DNA of 64,000 nt from Octopus sinensis. Lineage: Eukaryota. Under the pieces are notes generated by a model. The model searched no databases. It was given only the letters and a program-made list of their open reading frames with translations, and was not told where the DNA came from. The position numbers were made by a program, and so were the translations under genes. The stretch's first letter is position 1, and each line of letters begins with the position of its first letter. The DNA lies in NCBI RefSeq assembly GCF_006345805.1, contig NC_042997.1:190526001-190590000 (forward strand). The letters run 5' to 3'. Shown in pieces: positions 23,136 to 36,329 of the stretch.

Positions 23136-23843
23136 CATACATACATACATAAACTTCAGCAATGTAACTACACACGGGCTATTGGCGATTTCTATTCCTC
23201 CCTTGTAGTTTTTTTAATTGATTGCTTTTTTGAATTCACGCTTTTTTTATTGACTACCTCGTTTTCGCTTAGCAGCCCTTCCTATTTTTTTTTTCACTGT
23301 CCTGTTTCTGTTACTAATTTTGAGCCTCCGCAAAATCCCAAATTTTATTCAACCTGCTTTGCGTTAGCAACTGTTTTATCGAAAGCGTATCTTGTTTTTA
23401 AATGCTCGAAATACGAGAGTGAAGGGTTGTTTTTTGTGTTGTTTGCCTTTTTTTTCCATTTGTGTCTTTCGTTGTTCGAAAGAATATATTATATTCCGTG
23501 TACTCACACGTCGTATTTTTTGTTGTACACGTTTCTTGACGTCCTGTGCTCACATATGCATATATTATATATATAATATATATTATATATATATATTATA
23601 ATATATATTATATATATATATACGTATAGATGTAAGTATGTACATATACCTATGTATATATGAATCCACAGAATGGACGAAAGCGCTAATATATGATATA
23701 TGATATAAGTTATATGATGTATAAAAACATGTAATATACAAATAAATATCTGTAAATATAAAACCATCCGAATTTCTGAGTACCTCATTTCTTCTAATAT
23801 AAAATACCTGTACATCATCTATATATGTATATATATGTATATG

Positions 23844-23918
<75 letters not shown>

Positions 23919-24001
23919 TATATATTGATAAAATGGTAAGACAACAAAAGAATATATATATATTAGATAAAGTGGGATAACAAAGTCAAGGCTGTGATGA
24001 G

Positions 24002-24259
24002 TTTTCAGGACATTTATGAGGAAAAGACAGATATAGTCTTACAGCTGTTTCTGGGATATTATGAATATCCCTTTATCAGAGATGATGTGAGATCGGTAAA
24101 TAGAGGTAAATATTTGAGTTCGATATTTACCTCTATTTAACCATCTCACATCATCTCTGATGAAGGTATATCTGTAATATCCCAGAAACAAGGGTAAGAC
24201 TATATCCATATCTATAATAGCGGTAAGACTATATATTTTCCTCATAAATGTCCTGAAAA
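24002..24259. repeat. Fold-back element (arms 24002-24113 / 24123-24259, 9-nt loop) with hammerhead motifs (F6)
   Basis: Minus HHR 24037-24082: TCT-CTGATAA-a-GGGATA..TATCCC-a-GAAAC-AGCT-GTA-AGA. Plus HHR 24154-24199: TCT-CTGATGA-a-GGTATA..TATCCC-a-GAAAC-AAGG-GTA-AGA. Confidence 0.8.
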
Positions 24260-24674
24260 GTACTCAGAGATTTGGCTTTTTTATCTCATTTTGTCTAACA
24301 TATATATATATACACATGTGCGTGTGTGTGTGTGTGTGTGTGTATGCACTCTAATACAAGACCCACATTAATCACCTTACTCGTATGACTATCGAACTAA
24401 GAATTTAACTACGGTCTGTCCATAGCATTTACCTAGCTTTACCTGCCACTCTTTGGAGTTTCTAGATACCAATACCACTCATACCCTCACTAAATACATA
24501 TATACTTGGCCTTGGGCCAACAGGTTTTGGGATCTGACGATACGCTATAAAGCTAAACCCTTTATGGACAGGAAACCTAGGGTAATCCCATAAACCAGCC
24601 TTCCCCATTTTTAATATATACATATGTGCGTATGTGTTTGTGCATCTGTGTGTGTATGTGCATAAACATATACC

Positions 24675-24750
<76 letters not shown>

Positions 24751-24751
24751 C

Positions 24752-24789
<38 letters not shown>

Positions 24790-25823
24790 ATATAATATAT
24801 ATATATATACATATATATGCATGTGTGAAAGGATGTGAGTGCGAATGTATGTGTATGTAGTGATACAGGGGTTTGAATTGAAGATAAAACATGTTAAACG
24901 CATAATTGATTCAATAAATAATGTTGAGTTTACTCAGATAGCTACGATTTCAATGCATTGCCAAAAGAGCCTTCTCAAAATACGCTGAAAATATATATTG
25001 ATCAAACAGATAAAAGTTACCTTGAGTGAAGCGAAATAGTTGTGATAGAATATATAATAAAAATATGAATTAAAATATCAATAAAAATAGTATTGTGTTC
25101 ATTTTGTGATAGGAAGGAGAAGGAATGATGGTATATGGATAGGAATGGTTTAATGATCAGATACGCGTGTGTAGGAAATGTTTAATGAACATACGATTTT
25201 ACGGTTTATTCTAAATGTTAAAATGAAATATGAAAAGTTAGTCTCTAGATTAGGTGTTTGAAACTGACAGTATTCATTAGTAACGGGGATAATTAATTAA
25301 TTAATTAATCAATAATCAATTATGGATGAGAAAAAAGGAGTATTGTAGAATTACTGTTCTGCATTTTTTTTTTAGCAAAATGTAAAATTTAATAATCTTA
25401 GTTTAGCAGGTATAAAGAAAATATTAATATATTGAATAATTAAACAGTGTTAAAAAGTTGAATAAAGACAAAAGTTACTTTAAAAAAAATTACAATATTT
25501 TGTTATTATATGAATGATTAGATATACTGTATTATATGAATGACCAGTAGGTTAATCTAAATCATGATTAGTATATATAGCATGGCCATGTTAAATTAAT
25601 AATTTGTATGTGTAAGTTATAATTGGTTACTGAAAATATTTCGACGTATGTTGGGATAGTGAAATTTATAAAATAACATAAAATATAATACATTAACTAT
25701 CAGTTTAAAAAAAAACAACAGATTATGGGGTATCAAAAATGAATACACAAGAAGCAGAAAAGTATTGTTAATTAGGATAAGAAGGTAAAATATTCACTAT
25801 AAATCATATAAACCACTTCATTA

Positions 25824-26227
25824 GGCGCAGGAGTGGCGGTGTGGTAAGTAGCTTGCTTACCAACCACATGGTTCTGGGTTCAGTCCCACTGCGTGACACC
25901 TTAGCCAAGTGTCTTCTACTATAGCCTCGGGCCGACCAAAGCCTTGTGAATGGATTTGGTAGACGGAAACTGAAAGAAGCCTGTCATATATATGGATATA
26001 TATGCGTGTGTGTGTTTGTGTGTCTGTGTTTGTCCCCTCTAGCATTGCTTGACAACCGATGCTGGTGTGTTTACGTCCCCGTCATTAGCGGTTCGGCAAA
26101 AGAGACCGATAGAATAAGTACTGGGCTTACAAAAGAATAAGTCCCGGGGTCGAGTTGCTCGATTAAAGGCGGTGCTCCAGCATGGCCGCAGTCAAATGAC
26201 TGAAACAAGTAAAAGAGTAAAAGAGTA
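25824..26227 (+). mobile_element. tRNA-derived SINE (family A), full length
   Basis: Head ggcgcaggagtggc.gtgtggtaag..gggttcagtccc, internal (TA)/(TG) tract, (AAAGAGTA)n tail. Confidence 0.92.
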
Positions 26228-28848
26228 TTAGAAATACTAAGAGATGATTTCTATTAAATCACTTTATAAGAAATACTAAGAGAATATGCTATACTTGAAA
26301 GGTGGATTCTAAATCACTAAAAGAAAGGTGGCAAATAACTACTAGTGAAAAGATTATATATAATAATACCCCGCCCCACAAAAAACAATGTAAGTCGACA
26401 ACGTTTAGAAATAGTCGAAATCAATCGATACCCGATGTGTTCTTGCTTTATGGCTGTTGGAAGAGCTGTATTGTATAACCATGTAGGTTCTTTTCAGAGG
26501 GTGGTTATAAATATTTAGTAAATGTATTACAGAGGTAATGCCTTCGTTCTTTTCTCTTACCTTTTGGTTGCAGCTCTTTGGGCACGACTGTGAATTATAC
26601 TGCTCAAACTGAATCGGGTTTTGGCAAGCAACTCTCATGAGTAAACCACAATGTTGATGTGTTTAGACAGTTTTTAAAAGACTGTTCTATATATATAACT
26701 ATGAAATATGGGGTGGAATATTTTTTGAGTATAAGTCTAGTGGATGAAGTCTGTCCAGGGGCTAAGCAACAAGATAGATTTTAGCCCCATGGTATTGAGT
26801 ACTTTGAGTACCACGTAGTACAAAAATGTTATAGATCCCGTGTAATAAAATAAGTACTTATATGTTGCTAACACATCTCAGGAATATCATTTCCTATTTG
26901 ATACTTTTAGGTGAGAACTATTCTGAGTGATTTAGTTAAATATTAATTAAGACTCACTTAATTCTACCCTTTTAAAACTTACTGCTAGCCGTAAGGAATT
27001 ATTAATACAAAAGCACAAAATGAAAATTGAAAATTAAAACAATCACTTCACCGATGCATATTTATATGTTGTAAGCACGTATGATGTTGTGGATTGAAAC
27101 TTGAAGAAGTTCTCCAAGTTTTTCACAAAATGACGTCCTTGTTGATCTGATTTGCTTACATACTTGGCAACATGTGATAGCGTGAGTCCTCAAACTGTCC
27201 AAAACTGTACAGTCTCTCCGTTCGATGCCTGCGTAATGATTTTGAGAATATGGAGTTCAGACTGAGTTTCATTTTATAGCAACAACTACAAGTCTTAAAT
27301 ATATAAATTTACTTCAAGTATACCGAAGACAATGAGAAATACCATCTTATTAAAATGTGAAAAAAAATCTCAGAGCTAAAAATGACAGTAAAAAAAAAAT
27401 GTATATATATTTTGCTCAAGAAAGTATTGTAGAAACGCAAAAAAAATTAAAAAGACATTACTTGACATTATACAAGATAAACATTTTGTGTCTATTTAAA
27501 TATAAAGCTTGGTGATATATATGTTTTGAAAAATAGGTGGAGTTGCAACATTGACAAAATAAAAGAGAAGCTGTCAGAAGTCCTTAGAATCCTTTCCTTT
27601 CATTACAATCACTCGTAGGTGGTCTGCTAGCCTAGCAGGGGTTCCTGACATCATGCTGTACGATATTGTCAAATGTTGCTGTCTTTAGCGCTGATAATGA
27701 TGAAGATAGAGAGAGAGAGAAGGGAAGAGAGAGAGAGGGATGGAGTGAGGGAGGAAGAAAGAATGTAAGAGGAGGACCTATTTCTTTGTTTTTGTTTAGT
27801 GGTGGGTATGGTGGGAATTGGTTTGATAACATAGCTTACATAAAGAAAGAAACAAGATTTTGTGCTCACAATCTCCGGACGTTCAGCAAACGTTAAATCT
27901 CGATTAAAACATTAGTATGAGCCATAATGTATTTAAATACATATATGCATATAGACCCGAATATGTTTATATATACATACGTGCTTTACGAACCCTAACG
28001 CATATATGTATGCATGTATGTATGTATGTATGTATGTATGTATGTATGTATGTATGTATGTATATATATATATATATATATGTCTGTTGAGAGACACTGA
28101 AATATTTTGTCTTCATATAAGTAGGAGTGCATATGTGTGGCAGTGTATTTAACAAGACTTGTAGATATAATACATACACATGTGTAACATATGTAATAAT
28201 AATACACACCAACGCAGCGCACATCATACAGAATTATAATTATATTATAAATAAAACAGCTTTTATATGCATGTCTAAATGTGTGTCAGTTTTCACCATT
28301 CGCGTGTTGGTCAACGGTAACTGAAATTTTGTAACGAACCTCAAATTATATCTTACTGTTATATAAGATGAATACGATCACATCGCACCAGAGTTCTCAA
28401 CCCAAGTTCGTCAGGACCTAAGTTCTCCCGGAAAAGATCACCAGGGATCCAAGAGAAATAATGATGAGCAGGTTAACTATATGCGAATACATGTTTGAGT
28501 AATATGTGGAGTTTAATTTGTATTCGTAATTTCATTATACACGGATGGTATATTCCCTAAGGAAGAGGAATCCAGGTGTTCGTTAGATGGTAAGGAGTTC
28601 ATACGGGGAAAATGCCCTTTTAATAAGGAATTCTGTAGGAAATTAGGTCAAAAGAAGATCTTGGTTGATGTTAAAACTTTTCAGCTGTCAGTGTGGTATC
28701 TGATGAATATAGCACTGACGAAACTTTCAAAGAGAGTTTTATTTATTCAGTTCATGTAATTTGATACTATGGAAGAGAAATAAAACACACACACACACAT
28801 ACATGTATTTATGTATGTAAGTATGTATAGATAGATATATACACATAT

Positions 28849-28965
28849 TATCTATATATATAAAGATAAGAATGTGTCTGTCTATTTGTCTCTCTGTGTG
28901 AATCCCTAGAACTCGAGAACTACCCTACCGACTTCATTCAAATTTTACATATGCCTTACTTAGGA
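28849..28965 (+). mobile_element. 5' end of a non-autonomous Helitron (truncated)
   Basis: TCTATATATATAAAG..gtgtctgtc start resembles the 5' end of 14449-14844. Confidence 0.5.
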
Positions 28966-28971
28966 TCTATG

Positions 28972-29272
28972 GTTTTTCCTTCCCGAGCCATGCCTGGCTC
29001 ATAGGGCCGGTTTCCTGGTTTCCTTAGCGTATAGGTTTCCCCACCTGGACGGGACGCCGGTCCGTTGCAGGTGAGCTGCAAGATGCAGGAGGAAAGAGTA
29101 AGAGAAAGTTACGGCGAAAGAGTCAGCAGAAGTTCGCCATTACCTTCTGCCGGAGCCGTGTAGAGCTTAGGTGTTTCACTCATAAACACACACATCGCCC
29201 GGTCTGAGATTCGAACCCACGATCCCTCGATCCCGAGTCCGCTGCTTTAACCACTAGGCCATGTGCCTCCAC
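28972..29272 (-). mobile_element. tRNA-derived SINE (family C), full length
   Basis: Near-identical to 30145-30450. Minus-strand head ggcacatggcctagtgg..gggttcgaatc. Confidence 0.92.
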
Positions 29273-29285
29273 AAATAAATGCGCC

Positions 29286-29532
29286 CTTTTTTTAAAGCCT
29301 AGCCAGGCTCATGGGCCCGGTTTCCCGGTTTCAATGGCGTATGTGTGCCCCAGTTGGACGGGACGCCAGTCCATCGCAGCTTTACTCATTTTTGCCAGCT
29401 GAGTGGACTGGAACAACGTGAAATGAAGTGTTTTTTCCTCAAGAACACAACGCGTCGCCCGGTCCAGGAGTCGAAACAACAATCTTACGATCATGGTACT
29501 GACACCCGAACCTCTAAGCCACGCTCCTCCAC
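29286..29532 (-). mobile_element. tRNA-derived SINE (family D)
   Basis: tRNA-like head, gtccactcagctggcaaaaatgag central core, and a tail shared with family C. Confidence 0.85.
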
Positions 29533-30144
29533 TTAGGATCCATGCAGTGTCATGGGCCAAAATGTTTTCAACTTCTTAGATCATATTTTCTCACGATCAG
29601 GACCGACAATTGGGTTAAGCAGCAAGTTATTTTCCGACATGATGTGACGTTTTATAATAAAAAGTAGGTCGGATTAGCAAAATCATCGGTGAGTTGGATA
29701 GGTATTTTGTTGTAATTGCTCAGGCTCTCTGTGTCCTAATGTCCTGAGTTCTAGAGTTCTAACACCGTCGACCGACGTCAGTGTTGTCCTTCATTTCTCC
29801 GAGGTCAATATATACATTACCAGCAAAGTATCAAATCGGATCTTTCTCTCTCTCCCTCTCTCCCTCTCTCTCTCTCTCTCTCTCTTCCCCCCTCTCTCTC
29901 TCTCATTCTCTCGCTTTCTCACAGCATCGAGAAAGTTGCATCGCATAAGAATCATGCCGTCCACACACATTACTTTCACTTCTTCCAAACATTAAAGACG
30001 GTTTCAGTTTGATGTAAGTCACCAATACTCATTCAAAATTCTACAAACTCCACCAAAAACAAAAAATAAACACTGGACATTGCGGATGTGTACATACAGA
30101 TGACCTGTATGTTTTAAGAAAATAACAAAATACAATGAAAATAC

Positions 30145-30450
30145 TGTTGTTTGTTCCTTCTCGAGCCATCCTTGGCTCATAGGGCCGGTTTCCCGGTTTC
30201 CTTGGCGTAGAGATTCCCCACTTGGACAGGACGCCGGTCCGTCGCAGGTGAGCTGCAAGATGCAGGAGGAAAGAGGGAGAGAAAGTTGCGGCGAAAGAGT
30301 CAGCAGAAGTTCGCCATTACCTTCTGCCGTAGCCGCGTGGAGCTTAGGTGTTTCGCTCATAAACATACACATCGCCCGGTCTGAGATTCGAACCCGCGAT
30401 CCCTCGACCGCGAGTCCGTTGCTCTCACCACTAGGCCATGTGCCTTCACA
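30145..30450 (-). mobile_element. tRNA-derived SINE (family C), full length
   Basis: As for 28972-29272; ends in a (CAA)n-like tail. Confidence 0.92.
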
Positions 30451-30702
30451 AATAAAATTATAATATACTCTAATGTTTTTTATTAACATATCCATTTTCA
30501 AATGCGAAACGTTGCCCATTTAACTGCATTCATTCGCAGTGTTGTATTTCAGATGCTAGACATACTCTGTTAATGTACATTTTTTATCATTTAAAATTAT
30601 CAAAATACTGTTCAATTTAATTTTATGTGAGAAACTTGTAAGTCTTTCATGGTATTAGTACGATATTTAGGTACAATGTTATTAGTCTCAGACTACAATA
30701 TT

Positions 30703-30759
<57 letters not shown>

Positions 30760-30782
30760 GTTATTATATTATCATCATTATT

Positions 30783-30823
<41 letters not shown>

Positions 30824-30851
30824 CATGATTATTATTATTATTATTATTATT

Positions 30852-32237
30852 CAGTAGTTTTATTTTTATAGCGTGCTTTCACTTCACTACGAGCGCAGCT
30901 CTGTGTGCCTTGGTATGTGCTGTGATTTGTTGTGATGCTCTGATGTTATTGTATGGAAAGTGTTCTGCGTAGAATGTGTGCAGTGCCTAGTAGTGCAATT
31001 TTCTGTATGTTATATGTGTTTGTAAGTCCTGGTGTTTTTGTTATGTATTTGTCTGAATATTTTTTTATCATGCCTAATGCACCTACTATGATAGGAATTG
31101 TTTCTGTTTTCAGATTCCACATTCTAGTTACCTCTATTTCCAGGTCTTTGTATTTTGAGAGTTTCTCCATTTCTTTTAGAGACACGTTGTCATCAGCCGG
31201 TATTGATACATCAATTAGAAAGCATTTTTTTCTTCATGGTCTTTGACAACTATATCTGGTCTGTTGGCCTTAATTTCTCTATCTGTGTGTATCGGCATAT
31301 CCCAGAGTATGGTTGCTTTCTCGTTTTCTGTTACCTTTTCTGGTGTGTGCCTATACCATCTTTTTTCTGTTGTTATTCCATAATCTTGGCATAGCTTCCA
31401 GTGTATGTAGATTCCAACTCTGTCATGTCTGTGAATATATTCCTTCTTAGCCAGGACTGGGCAGCTAGAGATAATATGATTTATTGTTTCTTGTCCATCT
31501 CCACATATTCTGCAGTTACTTGTAATATTTCTTTTCATTACATGTTTTTGGTAATTTCTGGTGGGGAGGCTTTGGTCTTGTGCTGCAATTAAAAATCCCT
31601 CTGTTTCTGCTTTGAGTCCTGAGCTTCTCAACCATTGCTGGGATTTTTCTTTGTCTATTTCTTTTGCGTTTAGTTTAGTCCAGTATTACCATGAAGGGGC
31701 TTTTCTTGCCATCGTTTTATCATGGTTCGTTGCTGTTCTATTTTAGTTTGGATTTCATTGTTTTATAGCATTTGTTGTTTCATCATCTTCTTCTTCTTCA
31801 TGTTTATTAGTTGGTATGATTTCTTGTTTGTATTTTCAGCTTCCTTAAATACTGAGAACAGTTTTTTTGTTTTGCTCGTGTTTTGCCGCTATCTGGATCA
31901 GTTTTCCTTCCTTCTGAAGTAGATATTTTTGCAGTCCTATGGTGGTTATTTTATAGTAGTTTTCCAGCTGTATAAGGCCTCTACCACCTTCTATACGTTG
32001 TATATATAGTCTTTCTATGTCAGATTTTGGGTGATGCATCCTAGATCCTGTCATTATTTTTCTTGTTTTCCTATCTATTTTGGTCAGTTCATTTCGTGTC
32101 CAGTTAAGGATATTGTAGCTGTAACTTATAACTGGGACAGCTAAAGTGTTGATACCTATTATCTTGTTTTTAGCATTGAGCTCTGTGTTTAGTATGATCT
32201 AACTCGTCTATAATATTCTTTTTTTATTTTCTCTTTC
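30852..32237 (-). mobile_element. R4/Dong-type non-LTR retrotransposon, 5'-truncated copy 1
   Basis: RT thumb end (HPKSDIERLYIQRIEGGRGL), CCHC knuckle (CRICG..ETINHIISSC), restriction-like endonuclease (NRPDIVV..LIDVSIP..EKLSKYKDL). Flanked by (ATT)n. Confidence 0.9.
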
Positions 32238-32263
32238 ATTATTATTATATTATTATTATTATT

Positions 32264-33647
32264 CAGTAGTTTTATTTTTATAGCGTGCTTCACTTCACTA
32301 CCGAGCGCAGCTCTGTGTGCCTGCGTATGTGCTGTGATTTGTTGTGATGCTCTGATGGTTATTGTATGGAAAGTGTTCTGCGTAGGGTGTGTGCAGTGCC
32401 TAGTAGTGCAATTTTCTGTATGTTATATGTGTTTGTAAGTCCTGGTGTTTTTGTTATGTATTGTCTGAATATTTTTTTATCATGCCTAATGCACCTACTA
32501 TGATAGGAATTGTTTCTGTTTTCAGGTTCCATATTCTAGTTACCTCGATTTCCAGGTCTTTGTATTTTGAGAGTTTCTCCATTTCTTTTAGAGACACGTT
32601 GTCATCTGCCGTATTGATACATCAATTAGAAAGCATTTTTTTCTTCATGGTCTTTGACAACTATATCTGGTCTGTTGCCTTAATTTCTCTATCTGTGTGT
32701 ATCGGCATATCCCAGAGTATGGTTGCTTTCTCGTTTTCTGTTACCTTTTCTGGTGTGTGCCTATACCATCTTTTTTCTGTTGTTATTCCATAATCTTGGC
32801 ATAGCTTCCAGTGTATGTAGATTCCAACTCTGTCATGTCTGTGAATATATTCCTTCTTAGCCAGGACTGGGCAGCTAGAGATAATATGATTTATTGTTTC
32901 TTGTCCATCTCCACATATTCTGCAGTTACTTGTAATATTTCTTTTCATTACATGTTTTGGTAATTTCTGGTGGGGAGGCTTTGGTCTTGTGCTGCAATTA
33001 AAAATCCCTCTGTTTCTGCTTTGAGTCCTGAGCTTCTCAACCATTGCTGGGATTTTTCTTTGTCTATTTCTTTTGCGTTTAGTTTAGTCCAGTATTTACC
33101 ATGAAGGGGCTTTTCTTGCCATCGTTTTATCATGGTTCGTTGCTGTTCTATTTTAGTTTGGATTTCATTTGTTTTATAGCATTTGTTGTTTCATCATCTT
33201 CTTCTCTTCATGTTTATTAGTTGGTATGATTTCTTGTTTGTATTTGTCAGCTTCCTTAAATACTGAGAACAGTTTTTTGTTTTGCTCGTGTTTTGCCGCT
33301 ATCTGGATCAGTTTTCCTTCCTTCTGAAGTAGATATTTTTGCAGTCCTATGGTGGTTATTTTATAGTAGTTTTCCAGCTGTATAAGGCCTCTACCACCTT
33401 CTATACGTTGTATATATAGTCTTTCTATGTCAGATTTTGGGTGATGCATCCTAGATCCTGTCATTATTTTTCTTGTTTTCCTATCTATTTTGGTCAGTTC
33501 ATTTCGTGTCCAGTTAAGGATATTGTAGCTGTAACTTATAACTGGGACAGCTAAAGTGTTGATACCTATTATCTTGTTTTTAGCATTGAGCTCTGTGTTT
33601 AGTATGATCTAACTCGTCTATAATATTCTTTTTTTATTTTCTCTTTC
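32264..33647 (-). mobile_element. R4/Dong-type element, copy 2 (recombinant)
   Basis: Same 5' truncation point as copy 1, with 3' diagnostic bases matching copy 3. Confidence 0.9.
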
Positions 33648-33671
33648 ATTATTATTATTATTATTATTATT

Positions 33672-34100
33672 CAGTAGTTTTATTTTTATAGCGTGCTTTC
33701 ACTTCACTACCGAGCGCAGCTCTGTGTGCCTTGCGTATGTGCTGTGATTTGTTGTGATGCTCTGATGGTTATTGTATGGAAAGTGTTCTGCGTAGGGTGT
33801 GTGCAGTGCCTAGTAGTGCAATTTTCTGTATGTTATATGTGTTTGTAAGTCCTGGTGTTTTTGTTATGTATTGTCTGAATATTTTTTTATCATGCCTAAT
33901 GCACCTACTATGATAGGAATTGTTTCTGTTTTCAGGTTCCATATTCTAGTTACCTCTATTTCCAGGTCTTTGTATTTTGAGAGTTTCTCCATTTCTTTTA
34001 GAGACACGTTGTCATCTGCCGGTATTGATACATCAATTAAAAGCATTTTTTTCTTCATGATCTCTGACAACTATATCTGGTCTGTTGGCCTTAATTTCTC

Positions 34101-34102
<2 letters not shown>
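33672..34102 (-). mobile_element. R4/Dong-type element, short copy 3
   Basis: 3'-most ~430 bp only, embedded in (ATT)n. Confidence 0.9.
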
Positions 34103-34150
<48 letters not shown>

Positions 34151-34181
34151 TATTATTATTGTTATTATTATTATCATCATG

Positions 34182-34220
<39 letters not shown>

Positions 34221-34265
34221 ATTATTATTATTATCATTATAATTATTATCATTATTATAATAATA

Positions 34266-34301
<36 letters not shown>

Positions 34302-34312
34302 TAATAATAATA

Positions 34313-34354
<42 letters not shown>

Positions 34355-34370
34355 ATTATTATTATTATTG
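34102..34370. repeat. (ATT)n-(AAT)n-(ATT)n strand-switching microsatellite
   Basis: Read directly. Confidence 0.95.
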
Positions 34371-34851
34371 CGATACTGCGAGATCATGTACTCCAGAATG
34401 TTACAGTATATTATCAGGAAATACTAATGTATTTCTATGGTAAACTTTTCTCAAGATGAATCTGATATATGTTATAGAGCGATTGATATCTTTCAGACCA
34501 ATGCGTCGGCGACGACTGACTATATTTTATTATTTTACAAGATTTTATTTTTATAAAATAGTATCTTTAATGTTTGATTTCACGGCATGCTTATCATACA
34601 GCAATGATAAAGGTAAAGAAACAGATACAAAGTAGCCACACACAAATATACATATATATATTTATATATATATGAGATAAAACCACTATTATGCAACTCA
34701 AACACTGATAGACATTAACCAATACATAAATAACAAATAATATATATATAATTAATATAATATATACAATATATATATAATTTTTTAATATTTATTTATT
34801 ATATTTTTTTAAGTATAAAAAGAATTATAAATATAATATAATAAGTAAAAA

Positions 34852-34951
34852 CACTACGTACGTTTCATGGCTATAATTAAATTCGCATTACAATTAAGTT
34901 TAAATTCAATTGATATAAATTCGAACTAAAATTATAGTTAATCTTCAGGTT
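34852..34951 (-). ncRNA. Decayed type I hammerhead motif (F10)
   Basis: Minus strand reads aac-CTGAAGA-ttaa CTATAATT...AATTATAG ccat-GAAAC-GTAC-GTA-gtg. Core intact; helix I and the base of helix II are weak. Confidence 0.5.
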
Positions 34952-35297
34952 AATGATAATAGTTAAATAAATAAGCAAATAGAGTTACACAATGTTTTTA
35001 AGAAATAAATAAAATAATAATTTTTCTTATAGATATTTATTTTTAATGTAAAAAATAGATAGAAATATGTATTTATCTATCAAGATATAATATGGCTTTA
35101 AAAAACCCATGAAACTCTCGAATATCCTTAACTCGGTTATAGTCCAATATTTAATTACCAAATTATTTAACAAAATAATCAGTACTCATATTTTGAGATT
35201 TAAGTGCGCATCTAATAAATTATAATAATACTAAATTGTATTTTTCCCTGTAAGTTTGGAGCCATGCTCCTAATATTATTATATATATATATATATA

Positions 35298-35707
35298 GGC
35301 GCAGGAGTGGCTGTGTGGTAAGTAGCTTGTTTACCAACCACATGGTTCCGGGTTCAGTCCCACTGCGTGGCATCTTGGGAAAAGTGTCTTCTACTATAGC
35401 CTCGGGCCGACCAAAGCCTTGTGAGTGGATTTGGTAGACGGAAACTGAAAGAAGCCCGTCGTATATATGTATATATATATACGCGTGTGTGTGTTTGTGT
35501 GTCTGTGTGTCCCCCTACCATTGTTTGACAACCGATGCTAGTGTGTTTATGTCCCCGTTACTTAGCGGTTCGGCAAAAAGAGACCGATAGAATAAGTACT
35601 GGGCTTACAAAGAATAATCCCTGGGGTCGATATGCTTGATTAAAGGCGGTGCTCCAGCATGGCCGCAGTCAAATGACTGAAACAAGTAAAAGAGTAAGAG
35701 TAAAAGA

Positions 35708-35710
<3 letters not shown>
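35298..35710 (+). mobile_element. tRNA-derived SINE (family A), full length, in (TA)n
   Basis: As for 25824-26227. Confidence 0.92.
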
Positions 35711-35739
<29 letters not shown>

Positions 35740-36329
35740 CGTTGACGTATTAAGAATTTAGAATTAAGAAACTTCGAGAATTTGAAATAATTAAATAATT
35801 CTTTTTTGGAAGGGTCAATCTTGAAGTAGATAAAGCAATAGATAATAGGGAAAACCTTCGGTTAAAAGACCACTTTGAGAAGAGAAAATCGAAGGCTGTC
35901 CATGGGATTTGAATTCATTGTCCATGTAAATATGACAGATGTTCTACCATTGGACCAAAGCAAATCTATGAATTTCTTTATTCATTTTTATAGTTTACAC
36001 CTAACAATGAGGATTATATGTATATCATTATTCAGTTTATTTGAAGATTTCTTGCCAATAGAGAAAGAACCGGTTTCTAACTTTCATTGGAATTTCAACA
36101 TCAATAACAGGGTATTTTTTTGTATGTATGTATATATATGTGCATGTGTGTGTGAATATATTTGTGTATGTATGTATGACGTATGTTCGTATGTATGTAG
36201 ACATGTATATACTTATGTATCAATGTATACATGTACATATGGATGTTTGTTTTTGTATGTCTGTGTATGTCTGTATAGAACTGTCACCAGTGTTTTTTAG
36301 CAGCCTGTGAAAGGTTCGGCCAGAATCAA

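Noticed and set aside
25824-25900. tRNA gene calls at SINE heads
   Set aside because: A/B-box-like heads continue into SINE bodies and tails; there is no complete cloverleaf.
28694-28748. CTGATGA...GAAAC with a 6-bp potential helix III
   Set aside because: Helix II cannot form and helix I is unpaired next to the core; probably chance.
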